A DNA stretch of 64,000 bases from Selaginella moellendorffii (GCF_000143415.4 NW_003314289.1:1606293-1670292); one strand, 5' to 3'. Positions 35,533 through 47,711 are shown, counted from the first letter of the stretch. A program made the numbers and translations. The notes: a model not told the origin generated them from the sequence alone.

Positions 35533-36398
35533 ATGGGGATCTGGGAAGCGTTCTTGAGCTGGTTGAGAAGGTATGGAGCGTCGAATCCATGCTTGGGTCT
35601 CACAATTCTCTTGGATTGATTGCTCTGTAGCCTCTTCTTCAAGCAAGAGATGGAGTTATCAGTAATAGGACTACAAAAGGCTGGCAAGACGTCCCTTGTC
35701 AACTCCATCGCTGTAAGTTCCAAGTTCTCTCTTTTCTCGCTCTTTCGCTGATGGTTATCGATTTTCTAGACTGGAAGCTTTAGCGAGGACATGATTCCTA
35801 CAGTGAGTAGTCGATTTTCTCGCTGGAAGTTCCTTCTCTTACGCTGCTTCTCTCTCTCTCCCAGGTTGGTTTCAACATGAGAAAGGTTTCTAAAGGCAAT
35901 GTGACGATCAAGCTATGGGACCTTGGAGGCCAAGCGCGGTTTAGAAGTATGTGGGAGCGATATTGCCGTGGCGTCTCAGCCATTGTGTAAGAGCTCTCTT
36001 TCGATTTATCTCTTCGCATGGTTTTCACGAGTTTTTTGCTTGTGATGATCCAGATACGTGGTGGATGCTGCTGACCCGGAAAACATTCCAATAGCCAAGA
36101 GCGAGCTACACGATATACTGAGCAAGCCATCTCTAAATGGGATCCCTCTCCTCGTTCTCGGCAACAAGGTTGACAAGCCCGAGTGTCTATCCAAGCAAGC
36201 ATTCGCCGAAGAGATGTAAGTTCTTTCTCTCTCGTCTTTGCGAACTTGAAAGAATCACATCGTTTCTCTTGCTCTCGCAGGGATCTTCACAGAATCCAAC
36301 ACCGAGAAGTCGCTTACTACATGACCTCTTGCAAGAACACCACAAACATTGATGCAGTAATCGATTGGCTCATCAAGCATTCCAAGAAGAAGCACTAA
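35533..36398 (+). CDS. ARL8: ADP-ribosylation factor-like GTPase ARL8
   Basis: [35 protein letters not shown]…[19 protein letters not shown]…GNKVD…IDWLIKHSK over 6 exons. Confidence 0.95.
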
Positions 36399-36570
36399 AC
36401 GAGAAAGAAAAAACCAAGTGTAGATACGAGAGATTCTGGTATTCTTTTCTGGTGTAAAGCGTTTTTTTTCCTTTTCTCCTGTGTTTCTTCGTGTTTTGTA
36501 TAAATGGTATTATAGTAGATTGGAATTCTTAGTGTTAATATTGTACTGGAAGTTCGTATTGATACTGTAT

Positions 36571-38706
36571 CTATACTCTGGGAAGTTCTTGTTCTTGAGT
36601 GCTCGCATAGATGTTTCCCATCAACACAAAAGGAGAAGATCTTTGCCTGTCAAAACTTAGCAGCTTCTCAAACGCGATCTTTCCAACTTCCACGTTCTTC
36701 CACTTTTGACACGCTCCCAGCAAGATCGTCCACGTAACTTCATCCGCTTCCACCGGCATGGTTTCGATCAAGGCCAGCGCTCGATCAAACCGGTTTGCTC
36801 GTCCGAAAAGATCCACCATGCAGTGGTAGTGATCGATCCCCGGCCGGATCCCAAACTCTCGAGACATCGCTTGGAAGTAGCGCTCGCCTTTGTCGATCAA
36901 GCCCGAGTGACTGCAAGCTGTGAGGATGGCGAGGAACGTCCCGGAGTTTTCCTTGCATCCTTCTTCTCGCATGGAGGAGAGTTTCTCGAAAACTCGACTG
37001 GAGTCTCCCTGTCGACTATAGCCAGCCAGGAGCGAGTTCCAAACGAGAACTCCAGGCCTGTCCAGCGTCTCGAAGATCTGCTGCGCGATCTCTATCCTTC
37101 CAGACTTGGCGTAGAACTCGAGCAGCGAGCTTGCGACCGCGGCGTTGCTCTCGAAACCAAACTCGCAAACTCGGGCGTGGAGCTGTCGAGCAGTGGTGCT
37201 TGCGGCGATGAGTTTCCCGCAGGCTGTGATCCCGGCAGCGTAAGTTAGAGCGTTTGCGTTGCAGCTCTCGGCATCCATCCGGGAAAACTGTTCTAGAGCT
37301 TGCTCGGCCTCGCCGTTGTCGGCATAGCCGAGGATGAGAGCCGTCCACGAGACCACGTCGCGCTGGGAGATCCTCTCAAAGGCCCTGCGAGCGTTGTCCA
37401 TGCTTCCACACTTTGCGAAAGTCGTGATGAGAGCGTTGCCGACAAAGAGCTGCGAGTCCAGGCCTTTCTTCGCGGCCTGAGAGCACAGAGCTAAAGCCTT
37501 CTCCAGAGACTTTGGCTTGGATACAATCGTCTTCTTCTTCGCTTCGTCGTCGACTTTCTTGCAAGCTTCCAGCGCTGCCGAGTTTCCACAGGCCGTCAGT
37601 GCCGCCACCATCGTTCGGGCATCAGCTTCACAGCTCATGTGAGAGAAGAGCTCGAGAGCAACGTCGGCTTCCCCGTTTTCGGCGTAGCCAAGGATCAAAG
37701 AGTTCCACGAAACCACGTCGTGCTGCTTCATACTGTCGAAAACCTCTCGGGCTTCCACCATCTTCCCAAACTTGGAGTACATCTCCACCAGAGCAGTCGT
37801 CACGAACAAGTCCGAGTCGCAGCCCGCCTTCGAAGCTCGAGAGTGAATCCCAGTCCCTTTCTTCACGACTTCTTCGTCCAGATCTTTCTTTTCCCTCGCT
37901 GCTGCTAGACTCGAGCAAGCCGTGAGAGCAGCGACGTAAGTCCGAGCATCTGCTGCACAGCCTTCTTCCAGCATTCGATCGAAGATCTCTAAGCCCAGCT
38001 CGCTTTCACCGTGCTCCACATATCCCTGGATTAAAGCCGTCCATGACACCACACTCCGGCAAAACATCCCCTCGAAAACGGTCCGAGCTCGAGCCAAGCT
38101 TCCACACTTCGCGTACATGTCCACCAGCGAATTCTCCACAAAAGTGTGAGACTCGCAGCCTGCCTCCTTTGCATCCGCGTGTAGAGCCATCCCTCTTTCC
38201 AAGCATCTGGCTTTCACCACTTTGCCTTCCACCACCTTTCCTTCTTCCTTCTCTGCGAGGCTAGAACAGGCCATTAGAGCAGCAACGAAAGTCCGAGAAT
38301 TTGGAAAGCAAGAGCCTGGAGAAGAAGATCGCATGGAAGCGTAGAGCTCCAAAGCAACCTCTTCATCACCGTTGGAGACGTATCCCTGCATGAGAGAGTT
38401 CCAGCAGAAGGCGTCACGGTGGCTCATACACTCGAAAACTCTGCGAGCGTCGCTGGTACTGCCGCATTTGCAGTACATGTCGATCAGCGTGGTTGCGACG
38501 TGGATGTCGGTGTGGACGCTGGCCTCGATCGCTTTCGAGTGAATTCTCTTGCCTCGATCCAAGTCTCGCAAGCTCGAGCACACTTTCAATGCAGCGAGTA
38601 TGTCGGATCTGTTCTTCTTTTGCTCTTGAATCCGAGAGAAACTCCTCGGCACTGTTGTGCTGGATGAGGATGGATTGGTCGCAGTTAGATTGCTCCACTG
38701 CAGCAT
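36571..38706 (-). CDS. PLS-class PPR protein with truncated E domain
   Basis: Repeated LVDMYxKCG/DVVSWxxLI motifs and HYHCMVDLFGRA…WTILLGAC…FVLMGNIYA. Confidence 0.92.
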   Translation of the reverse strand: MLQWSNLTATNPSSSSTTVPRSFSRIQEQKKNRSDILAALKVCSSLRDLDRGKRIHSKAIEASVHTDIHVATTLIDMYCKCGSTSDARRVFECMSHRDAFCWNSLMQGYVSNGDEEVALELYASMRSSSPGSCFPNSRTFVAALMACSSLAEKEEGKVVEGKVVKARCLERGMALHADAKEAGCESHTFVENSLVDMYAKCGSLARARTVFEGMFCRSVVSWTALIQGYVEHGESELGLEIFDRMLEEGCAADARTYVAALTACSSLAAAREKKDLDEEVVKKGTGIHSRASKAGCDSDLFVTTALVEMYSKFGKMVEAREVFDSMKQHDVVSWNSLILGYAENGEADVALELFSHMSCEADARTMVAALTACGNSAALEACKKVDDEAKKKTIVSKPKSLEKALALCSQAAKKGLDSQLFVGNALITTFAKCGSMDNARRAFERISQRDVVSWTALILGYADNGEAEQALEQFSRMDAESCNANALTYAAGITACGKLIAASTTARQLHARVCEFGFESNAAVASSLLEFYAKSGRIEIAQQIFETLDRPGVLVWNSLLAGYSRQGDSSRVFEKLSSMREEGCKENSGTFLAILTACSHSGLIDKGERYFQAMSREFGIRPGIDHYHCMVDLFGRANRFDRALALIETMPVEADEVTWTILLGACQKWKNVEVGKIAFEKLLSFDRQRSSPFVLMGNIYASTQEQELPRV

Positions 38707-39510
38707 TTGCCACTACTATAAGCACAAGAAAAAACTACAGAAAAATCTTACATTTGCTCTCGAAAGCTTCCAGATCTTCCCAGCTGTGATGAAACATAGA
38801 TCTTTCCTCCACTGCATCAAAAGCATTTACACTAGATGAGCGTAGAAAACATTGCCTAGAACTATAGAAGCAACGTACTCAGAGAAAAATCCTTGGTTCC
38901 TTGTGTAATGGATTTTAGTGTGACTCCTGTGAGCGTAGAAATTATTCCAGACCCTGTAGACTAGAGAAACCGATCGAGCATTTGAGAAAATCGAAGAAAA
39001 AAATCTCCTTCAATGCCTCCAAAGAAACAGATAGCACTGGCGAGCGCTAAAGAATCTATGTGGAGTGATAAATCGACTCCAGAGTAGAGAAGATCACTCA
39101 CATTTGAGCGTATACGAGCTAGCCCAAGCCCTAAAGCCCTGGGCGATCCCAGCCGCCCATCTCTTACGGGCATCTGGGCCGTGCATCGGCAAGATATTTC
39201 GCGTTTGATGCCCAATCTTTGGATATTTCGATAGGGAGGGCGGCATCTGGCTGGGGTTAGGGTTCTAGCGGCATCGCGGCAGGGAAGCGCCTTGGCAAGG
39301 AGGTAAGCCACGAATTACGCGCTGCCGAGCCGCACAGCTCGGCATTTCCTTTCTTGGCCATGGAATGCCTGCCGCTGTCTCTGCAAATGCCGTTCTTGGG
39401 GTTTCTTGCCTGGCATTTGAGATCCAGCTCGCATTTTCGCTCGCGCAGCTCTCACGTTTTCGCATTTTCTTGTCCAGTGTGGGAGCTGGGCGAGGGAGAC
39501 CTTGTGAGCC

Positions 39511-41412
39511 ATGGCCGAGGAGGATGATCTCATCACCATTGTGGACGTGACGGACCCGGACGACCCAAGCTACGCCGACGTCAAGACCCGCCGCCGCCCA
39601 CTCACAGATGCCGAGCTCGCCACGCTCAAGCCCATCCTCGAAAAGGTTGGAGCCTACAAGTTCTTCACCATGGAGTTCAACTTCGCCGACGGCCCGGCCG
39701 TGAAGCAGTTCATCGAGAGCGTGGAGCTGGAAGAGTTCAAGAGGACCAAGCAGCGCAAGATCGTCCAGGATGAGATGAAAGGGACCGTGGCTGGCCGGGA
39801 GGTGGTGCTCAATGCGGAGCTCATCGAGAAGGCATTTGGGCTGGTGGACGACGGGGAGAACATATCCAAACCGAAAGGAGAGACTAACGGGCTCCATGCC
39901 TTCTACATCAAACCAAAGTACGTCCATCTCTGCCAGAACTACCGGGGTGTCTATCTCAAGCTCTTCAAGTCCGAGTACTCCTACTTCGTCAACATGGCTC
40001 ACCAGATCCAGGCCTACTGCTGTGGAGGCCACTCGGAGCGCCAGATAACTCTCACCCAGTACCGAGCGATCGACCTGATGATCCGGGGCAAGCCCGTCAA
40101 CTGGAACCGGTACCTCCTCCAGAACTTCCAGGACAAGCTGCGGAAGTACAAAGCCGGGCCTTGTCCTCTCTACTTCGGTGGGACGCTCACGGCTCTCATC
40201 TACAAGGCGCTGCAGGTGGACTACAGCCTCGTCAACAAGCCACTGCTCATCTCGCCGCAGACGCCCGAGAGGATCACTGCAGCGGATGCCGAGAGGGGGA
40301 AGAAGCGCGAGCGGGAGAAGGAGAGGACCAAGGAGCAGCGTCTCATCAAAGACTCTGGTCCGCCCAAGAAGCGGGAAGCCGTGAGGAGGCACGTCGGAGC
40401 CATGACGAGGGCCCAGAGGATGCTCACTGGCGAGAGCCTTCTGGACGAGGAGGAGCCACCCGCGGCATCGGCCAAGCAGCAGCAGGACAGGAAGAGGAAG
40501 CGGCTCAAGCAGCGCGTCAAGTTGGCCAAGAAGCACAAGACGTCGGAGAAGGCATCCGCTGCTCGGGAGCAGTCACCTCCCTACACTCCGGCATTCACGA
40601 TCTCGCCATGCACCACTGGCGGCGAGGAGGAACCGGTCAGCTCGGGCCCGTTTGAGCTCAAGAAGAGGTTCGGCGATACTGGGAAGTCGGGCCGCGAGAT
40701 CGTCTTGTCCACCGCCACCGAGAGGCTGTCGAGGCTGTACGCACAGGCGACTGGTTCTCCGCGGGATCTCGACACTCCCCCTCCGGACGACACATTGGCA
40801 CTCACGGCCTCCAAGGAGCTGTGGTCCAAGTACGATCATCTCTCGAGTCTCCAGCAGGAGTACCAGCTTGAACACATCGTCTCCAAGCAGATGTTGGAAC
40901 AGTCGCTGCAGCGGGTCCAGGAGCTGGAGGACGCGCTCAAGGAGCGAGACCGGAAGGTGACGGAGCTGGAGAGCTCCAAGGCGGTGCTGGAGGAGAAGCT
41001 CTCGTCGCTGGCGACCGGGGATGGCAACCATGTCAGCTACGCGGACGAGGACGCCGCCGCGCAGGGACCGCTCAAAGTCCGCCTCAAAGCTGGCCAGAAG
41101 AAGATGTCCGCGGAGAACTCCCCCGAGGACGAAGCTCCCGCGGTGGCTATGGAGGCGGAGAAAGAGAAGGAGGCGGAGAAAGAGAAGGAGAAGGAGAAGG
41201 AGAAGCCCACCAGCGATGAAGCGGTGCCCGAGAACTTGGAGGAGGTGGTGGAGGAGGCCGAGAAAGAGGGCAGCGGCAACGGCAAGGAATCCAGTGACAA
41301 GAGTGACGGCCCGGTGAAAGCGCCGGAGCTGGACACGCAAAAGCTCAAGGCGATCGAAGAACAGGTAGCGGCGGTGGCCAAGGCGCAGGAGAGCAAGGAC
41401 GCGGACGCTTGA
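39511..41412 (+). CDS. 633-aa orphan protein: transposon-associated-like N-terminal domain, coiled coil and acidic tail
   Basis: Long ORF with strong GC3 bias. GKPVNWNRYLL…LYFGGTLTALI resembles accessory ORFs of plant LTR elements. Confidence 0.7.
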   Translation: MAEEDDLITIVDVTDPDDPSYADVKTRRRPLTDAELATLKPILEKVGAYKFFTMEFNFADGPAVKQFIESVELEEFKRTKQRKIVQDEMKGTVAGREVVLNAELIEKAFGLVDDGENISKPKGETNGLHAFYIKPKYVHLCQNYRGVYLKLFKSEYSYFVNMAHQIQAYCCGGHSERQITLTQYRAIDLMIRGKPVNWNRYLLQNFQDKLRKYKAGPCPLYFGGTLTALIYKALQVDYSLVNKPLLISPQTPERITAADAERGKKREREKERTKEQRLIKDSGPPKKREAVRRHVGAMTRAQRMLTGESLLDEEEPPAASAKQQQDRKRKRLKQRVKLAKKHKTSEKASAAREQSPPYTPAFTISPCTTGGEEEPVSSGPFELKKRFGDTGKSGREIVLSTATERLSRLYAQATGSPRDLDTPPPDDTLALTASKELWSKYDHLSSLQQEYQLEHIVSKQMLEQSLQRVQELEDALKERDRKVTELESSKAVLEEKLSSLATGDGNHVSYADEDAAAQGPLKVRLKAGQKKMSAENSPEDEAPAVAMEAEKEKEAEKEKEKEKEKPTSDEAVPENLEEVVEEAEKEGSGNGKESSDKSDGPVKAPELDTQKLKAIEEQVAAVAKAQESKDADA

Positions 41413-41554
41413 GAGAGTGAGTTCTTTGTTCTTTGTTTCATCACACCATGCATCGTTCTGTGATTTATCATCCATGTTCCTTTTTCCAGTTAAAGGTTGA
41501 GCTTGACAATGTATAAAATGTATGATCATAGATAAGGTTCTCTGGAGGATCTCA

Positions 41555-42510
41555 AAAGAATTTGTGGAAACTATGTCAGATCTTGCGCGCTCCGATCGAT
41601 ACGCAGAGCTCATCAGATCCGCGACCACCGTCCAGCAACTTAACGCCATTCTGCACAACCACCATCAATCTCCTCATCCAGCACTGCAGCAGGGTTTGCG
41701 ATCTCGACTCCGCGCGCCAGGCCTTTGATGCCATCGCCCATCGGCGAGATTGCTCCTCGTGGGCCATGATGATCACTGCATATACCCAGAATGGGCATCT
41801 TGACTGCCTAGGCTGTGATTTATGCAATGCCCGATTGTAATCTTGTGGGATCCAATGCAATGCTTGCACTTTATGCGCAAACAGGGGATTTGGAACCCGC
41901 CCTGGATCTCTTTGATGCCATGCCTGTAAGGATGCCCTCCACAGACGTGGTAGCCTGGAACGCGATGCTCGCAGCATATGCCCAGGGTGGGGATATTCTT
42001 AGTGGGAACACTGCTTTGACAGCATATGCTCAGGCGGAATTTTGATGGAGTGATTGATTTGCTTCACACTATTCCAGTGAGAGATTATGCCAACCTGGAT
42101 CAAGCGTCAGGATGCATTGTGTTTGTGGCTTATTCCCAGCTTAGGCAGCTTGAGCAAGCAAAGGCAGTGTTTGATTCTATGCCCGAGAAAAACGTTGTGC
42201 TTTGCACAATGTGCCTACTCGAATTGCGATAGGTTAGAAGATGCCGAGGCCGTGTTTTGTAAATATGCCAGCATCTCAAAATGCAATGTTTGCAGCATAT
42301 ACCCACCACGGGCATCTCCACCAATATACAATTTTGCTTTCCAGTGCTCCAGAAACAAACACGATAACTTGGACTTTTATTATTCTGGCATTGAGAAGCT
42401 CCAGCGTTGGACGTTTCATCCTGGAATGCTGTATTAACTGCATATACACAAAGAAATTTTTTGCGTTGCCTTGGAATATAATGCTAACTGTGTGTGCTCA
42501 AAATTGTGAC
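41555..42510 (+). pseudogene. Deleted duplicate of the PPR gene at 45414-47189
   Basis: Colinear near-identical blocks (CTATGTCAGATCTT…, GCCTTTGATGCCATCGCCCATCGG…) broken by deletions and frameshifts. Confidence 0.9.
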
Positions 42511-42734
42511 TTTAAGATTACAAAATGGCAGTTCTATGGTTGCTTATTATGGTTATAGCCCAAGGTTATTTGTTATATGATGATAATGATGAAAAGTAAC
42601 TGGTTTACAAGTGGCAAATTAAAATAGAAAGCTTTTAGGCAGTATAAAAATTTCATAATCATGCATGTGGTGGGTCATCGTTATAAATCCTATTATCACT
42701 TTGTCATAAACTCCAAAGAAGCTCCAAAGCAACT

Positions 42735-43340
42735 GCATTTTCAGTACATGTCGATTAGCGTAGTTGCCACGTGGATGTTGGCCTCGGTAGCTTTCAAGTG
42801 AATTCTTGCCTTGATCCAAGTCTCGCAAGGCTCGACCACGCGTTCACCGAGTATGTCAGACTTGTTCTTCTTTTGCTCTTGGATTCGAGAGAAACTCCTC
42901 GGCACTCTTGTTCTGGATGAGGATGGATTGGTCGCAGCTAGATTGATCCACTGTAGCATTTGCCACTACTATAGAAAATCTTCTAGATCTTCCCAGCTGT
43001 GATGGAACATAGATATTTCGTCCAGTGCATCAAAGGCATTTACACTAAGTTGATCGTAGAAGACATAGTCTAGAACTATAGAAGAAACATACTCAGAGAA
43101 AAGTCTTTGGTTGCTCTTGTGACGGGATTTTCGCAGCTCTCTGGAGACTCTTGTGAGCGTCGAAAATAAAACCTTCTTAGCTGCGGACAAGAGAAATCAA
43201 TCTATAAACGAAAGAAAAAACTATAGAAATCTTAAATTTGCTCTCGAAAGCTTCCAGATCTTCCCAGATGATGAAAAAGAACTGCATCAAAAGCATTACA
43301 CTAGAAAAGGAACTATAGAAGCAACGTACTCAGAGAAACC
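42735..43340 (-). pseudogene. Partial duplicate(s) of the 5' end and promoter of the PPR gene at 36571-38706
   Basis: MLQWINLAATNPSSS…RSFSRIQEQKKN matches the 38706 start. The upstream segment 38730-38890 recurs twice (~42965-43120 and ~43215-43340). Confidence 0.85.
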
Positions 43341-43531
43341 TCCTTTAGAGAGACTCGGTTCACAATAAAGTTACCACCCGTGTTTAAATCTAGACCGTTA
43401 ATTCATAGGGTACAAATATTAGCCGTCAGATTAAGAACATATTCCTACATAATATTCTAAAAAAAGAATAAGAAGAATGAATTTCATTGAACAAAGAAGG
43501 CGGACCATATCTTATCTCAATCCTCTCTCAC

Positions 43532-43984
43532 TCAAGAGCCATGGAGGAATGATTTCTTCTCGCCATTAACTTTGAAATCGTAGTTGACACGCCCTGTGTT
43601 TGTAGACCAGACTGGACGATACAAGACCACATTTCCATCGTCCTGAACTCTCAAGGTGTTGCCTCCACTTCTATCAGTACCACTTGCCCAAAGTGCGCGC
43701 CTATTGCCATCGTATACAACCAGGTTTCCATCGGGTTGGAGGGTGAGGTAGCAATTGCTCCCGCTCCCGCCTGTGTTGCTTGCCCAGATAGGATTGAAAT
43801 CCCCCTGGCCTCCATACAGCACCAAGTTGCAATCCCTCTGCATTCGCAGCGAGAAGTAGCCACTTTGGGAGCGAAGCTCGTCACCTTGGTAGAGGGTTTC
43901 TCCAGAATGCAGTGTATCTCTCGCGCTGCACACGGTAACCAAGGCAAGAGCAAGGAAATAGTAGAAGATCAAAAGCTTAACCAT
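43532..43984 (-). CDS. Secreted GNA-related (bulb-type) mannose-binding lectin
   Basis: Signal peptide MVKLLIFYYFLALALVTVCSA plus three QxDxNxVxY sites (QRDCNLVLY, QPDGNLVVY, QDDGNVVLY). Confidence 0.92.
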   Translation of the reverse strand: MVKLLIFYYFLALALVTVCSARDTLHSGETLYQGDELRSQSGYFSLRMQRDCNLVLYGGQGDFNPIWASNTGGSGSNCYLTLQPDGNLVVYDGNRRALWASGTDRSGGNTLRVQDDGNVVLYRPVWSTNTGRVNYDFKVNGEKKSFLHGS

Positions 43985-44199
43985 AGCTGGGAAGTAGAGA
44001 GCACTGTTTCTTGGTGGCTTGACGAGCATCTTATATAGCAAAAACATAAAGAACATTGTTCAGCTGTGTCTCTCACTGCAATAAAGCTTCAACAGTGTAT
44101 ATGTACCATGCTTGGGACCACAATGTTTAAACAAATCTTTAGCTGCTTCAGTTCACCTATCATATCTTGGACCACATTGTCAGCCTTCAACTTTTTTTT

Positions 44200-44372
44200 A
44201 TGTAGTTGTGGCCAAGATAAAGTATGGTGCAGAGCGTTTTGGCTGCAAGTTCAAGGCTTTTTTTGCAGCATGGTCATGGTGACATCTACAAGCTGCAAGG
44301 AGGCACTTCAGTTCCCTTGCCTCCTTCAAGTACCAGATCTACTGAGAAGAACGATCAAGCAGCAGTAGTGTT
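44200..44372 (-). pseudogene. Inverted fragment of the 3' end of the PPR gene at 45414-47189
   Basis: Reverse complement of ~46960-47190 with an internal deletion. Confidence 0.8.
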
Positions 44373-45413
44373 GGATCTCTTCACAAGCAAACCCGGTTGA
44401 ACACAACAACATTGCATCTTCCCAGTTGCAACAATATCAAGATCATGCAAATTAAATTCAGGAGTGAGCCTATAGTTTAAATCATTTAGAAGGATTAAGT
44501 GGAGTGAGAGGAGGTTAAGAGTTTTGTTTTCTATTATGATGGTCAAGCCTTGCTTCTTACTACTCCTCTACTCAGACCATCACAATAAAAAAAAAAAAAA
44601 CGACAGATTCTAAATAATTTGCTGTTTACAAATAAAAACGGTGGCTAATATAATTAATTAAATTAAGGTAAAATCACTTTATAGTGATCATCACATCAAG
44701 CATATGAAAGTAATAATATCCTCAACTTTCAAGGCCATTAAGACTGTGCAAAAGGTGGTGAAAGTATTCTTACGATGAATATTACTGAAAGATATAGACT
44801 GGCAGGGATGGGGCCAAAGAAGGCCCAATTGCCCTTGAATGCTAACACTCCAAGATAGAGATAAAAAAACACACTTTTACTGATTAGATCCTTTTATTGT
44901 TAGGGAGGCCGTGAGCCACTCTCTTCCACACCATAAACACTGACCCTCCTTGTTGCCATTGCCATATAGCCATGGTCCCAGCAAGCCAAATCCTCCAGAT
45001 GTGATCCCAAATCTCTCCCCTAGCAAAGATCCTTGACGCCAAACCTTACCGTAATCAAGAGACCAATTATGTTTATCAAATCATACTAGTATACAAGACC
45101 ATTAATATGTTTATTAAATCATCAATCAACAATGTTGGTGCCTAGCTGGGAACATAAGACCACACAAAACAGATGTATGTGCTCTCCTCAGACAAAAGAA
45201 TGTAAACAACAGAGGGAGCAAAGTTTATGACAAGTATAGCAGCTGGAGGATTTGCTTGAACAATGTCAATCTCTGCCTTGCAAGCTCCCAATTGTGAAAA
45301 GCTCTACACCAAGGAGATGAGCCAAGTCGAGGACGAGCTTAAAATTTGGAACAGTAGATTTTTTATCTTGGGGCTTTATTCATTCCACTTTGAGAAACTC
45401 GCCTGGAGTTTCT

Positions 45414-47189
45414 ATGTCAGATCTTTTTGCACGCTCCGATCGATATGCAGAGCTCATCAAATTCGCAACCACAGTCCAACAACTCCAGCAACTTCACGCT
45501 GACATTCTCCGCAACCCAGCGGGATATACAGTGCACACCATCAATCTCCTGATCCAGCACTGCAGCAAGCTCGGCGATCTCGACTCTGCGCGCCAGGCCT
45601 TTGATGCCATCGCCCATCGGCGAGATTGCTACTCGTGGGTCATGATGATCACTGCATATACCCAGAATGGGCATTTTGAAGCTGCCCAGGCTGTGATTTA
45701 TGCAATGCCGGATTGTAATCTTGTGGGATCCAATGCAATGCTTGCGCTCTATGCGCAAACAGGAGATTTGGACGCCGCCCTGGATCTCTTTGGTGCCATG
45801 CCTGTAAGAACCCTAATTTCCTGGACTTCCATTCTTGCAGCATATGCCCGTGTGGGGCATCTTCATGACGCAACGCGTACGTTTGATTCAATGCCCGAAT
45901 GGAATCTTGTTACATATACGGCCATTATAACAGCATATTCCCAGCTTGGGTATCTAGATGGTGCTAAAGCCGTGTTTGATTCCATGCCCTCCAAAGACGT
46001 GGTGGCCTGGAACTCGATACTCGCAGCATATACCCAGAGTGGGGATAATCTTAGTGCCGGCCGTGTTTTTTATGCCATGCCAGAGTGGAATTCTATCTCT
46101 TGGAACACTGCTTTGACAGCATATGCTCAAGCTGGGAATTTTGATAGAGTGATTGATTTGTTTCACACAATTCCTATGAGGAGTCAGCTCTCTTACAATG
46201 CTCTTCTCTATGCGTATGTGCAGAAAGGAGATTTTGCAAACGCGAATCGAACGTTTGAGATTATGCCAACCTGGGATCAAGCGTCAGGATGCATCATGCT
46301 TGTGGCATATTCCCATCTCAGGCATCTTGAGCAAGCGAAGGCAGTGTTTGATTCTATGCCAGAGAAAAACGTTGTACTTTGCACAAGTCTCTTGTGTGCC
46401 TACTCAAATGGCGATAGGCTAGAAGATGCCGAGGCCGTGTTTGTGAATATGCCCAGACACGACATTGCATCTCAAAATGCAATGCTGGCAGCATATGCCC
46501 GGCACGGGCATCTTTACAAACTTGCAACTTTGTTTTCCTGTGCTGTAGAAACAAACACTATAACTTGGACAACTCTGATTTCTGCTTATATAACACATGG
46601 CTTTATTAGTCTGGCCTGGAGAACCTTGTATCAAGCTCCAGAGTTGGACGTTTCATCCTGGAATGCACTATTAACTGCATATACACAAAGAAATCTTTTG
46701 CGTGGAGCGATAGGAGTGATGACCACAATGCCTTCCATGAACGAGGTGTCTTGGAATATCATGCTAACTGCATATGCTCAAGTTTGCGACTTTACGAGTT
46801 TAATAGCTCTTTTCTACAAAATGGCAGTGGAGGGAGCAGTAGTAACAGATTCTACCTTCTTGTGCGTTATCATTGGGTGCAGTAGAGCAGGAGTTGTAAG
46901 CACTGGATTGCAACACTTTCGTTCTATGGTTGCTGACTATGGGTTTAGCCCAGAGATCCAGCACTACTGCTGCTTGATTGATCTTCTTGGTAGATCTGGG
47001 TACTTGAAAGAGGCAAGGGAACTGATTCTCAATATGCCCTTTGTACCGGATGAGATCAGTTGGAAGTGCCTCCTTGCAGCTTGTAGATGTCACCATGATC
47101 AAGAAGGTGCCACTTTTGCTGCAAAAAGAGCCTTGAACTTGCAACCAAGACGCTCTGCACCATACCTTCTCTTGGCCACAAGCTACTAG
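45414..47189 (+). CDS. PPR protein (short S-type repeats, E-like tail)
   Basis: Tandem 31-aa repeats SWxxxLxAYAQxG…FDxMP, ending HYCCLIDLLGRSG…SWKCLLAAC. Confidence 0.9.
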   Translation: MSDLFARSDRYAELIKFATTVQQLQQLHADILRNPAGYTVHTINLLIQHCSKLGDLDSARQAFDAIAHRRDCYSWVMMITAYTQNGHFEAAQAVIYAMPDCNLVGSNAMLALYAQTGDLDAALDLFGAMPVRTLISWTSILAAYARVGHLHDATRTFDSMPEWNLVTYTAIITAYSQLGYLDGAKAVFDSMPSKDVVAWNSILAAYTQSGDNLSAGRVFYAMPEWNSISWNTALTAYAQAGNFDRVIDLFHTIPMRSQLSYNALLYAYVQKGDFANANRTFEIMPTWDQASGCIMLVAYSHLRHLEQAKAVFDSMPEKNVVLCTSLLCAYSNGDRLEDAEAVFVNMPRHDIASQNAMLAAYARHGHLYKLATLFSCAVETNTITWTTLISAYITHGFISLAWRTLYQAPELDVSSWNALLTAYTQRNLLRGAIGVMTTMPSMNEVSWNIMLTAYAQVCDFTSLIALFYKMAVEGAVVTDSTFLCVIIGCSRAGVVSTGLQHFRSMVADYGFSPEIQHYCCLIDLLGRSGYLKEARELILNMPFVPDEISWKCLLAACRCHHDQEGATFAAKRALNLQPRRSAPYLLLATSY

Positions 47190-47711
47190 GCTATTTAAAT
47201 TGTTGAAAATCTTCTAAATTACTATAAATTTTGTATAGCAAAATAAGAAATTGAGAAGGATTGTGGTCCAAAGAACTTTTAAAGGCATAGAAAGGGTTTT
47301 CTTGATAGCTTTCATAAACATGATTTAAAAAATTAAAACCCTAAACCCGGACATATTCTTTCCGTATTTCTCGCATATCCTCTGTGTTCGGCAGAATTTA
47401 ATTTTCCCACCCACCGCAGAAACATAAAACCTCACCGACCCGTGGCCTCCGCCAACTGCAGGCTGCCACGTGGCGATTTGAACGCACTGAAAGAGGCCCC
47501 TGGGGTTTTTGGAGAGCAAACAAGAACACACCGGAGCATCGCAGCGCTCGCAAGATCGTTATTCTCTCTCTCGATTCATCGTCCTCCAGGGTGAGTGGTG
47601 GATTCTTGGACTGAAATCTCGGGGATTTTGGCGCTGGAAGCAGGCATGGGGCCAAGAATCGTCGCCTAGGGATCCATCGCGCCGCGCCGTCGACCGATCC
47701 CCTCCATCCCC

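Noticed and set aside
39265-41658. 423-aa and 361-aa minus-strand ORFs
   Set aside because: Antisense shadows caused by the high GC3 of the 39511-41412 ORF.
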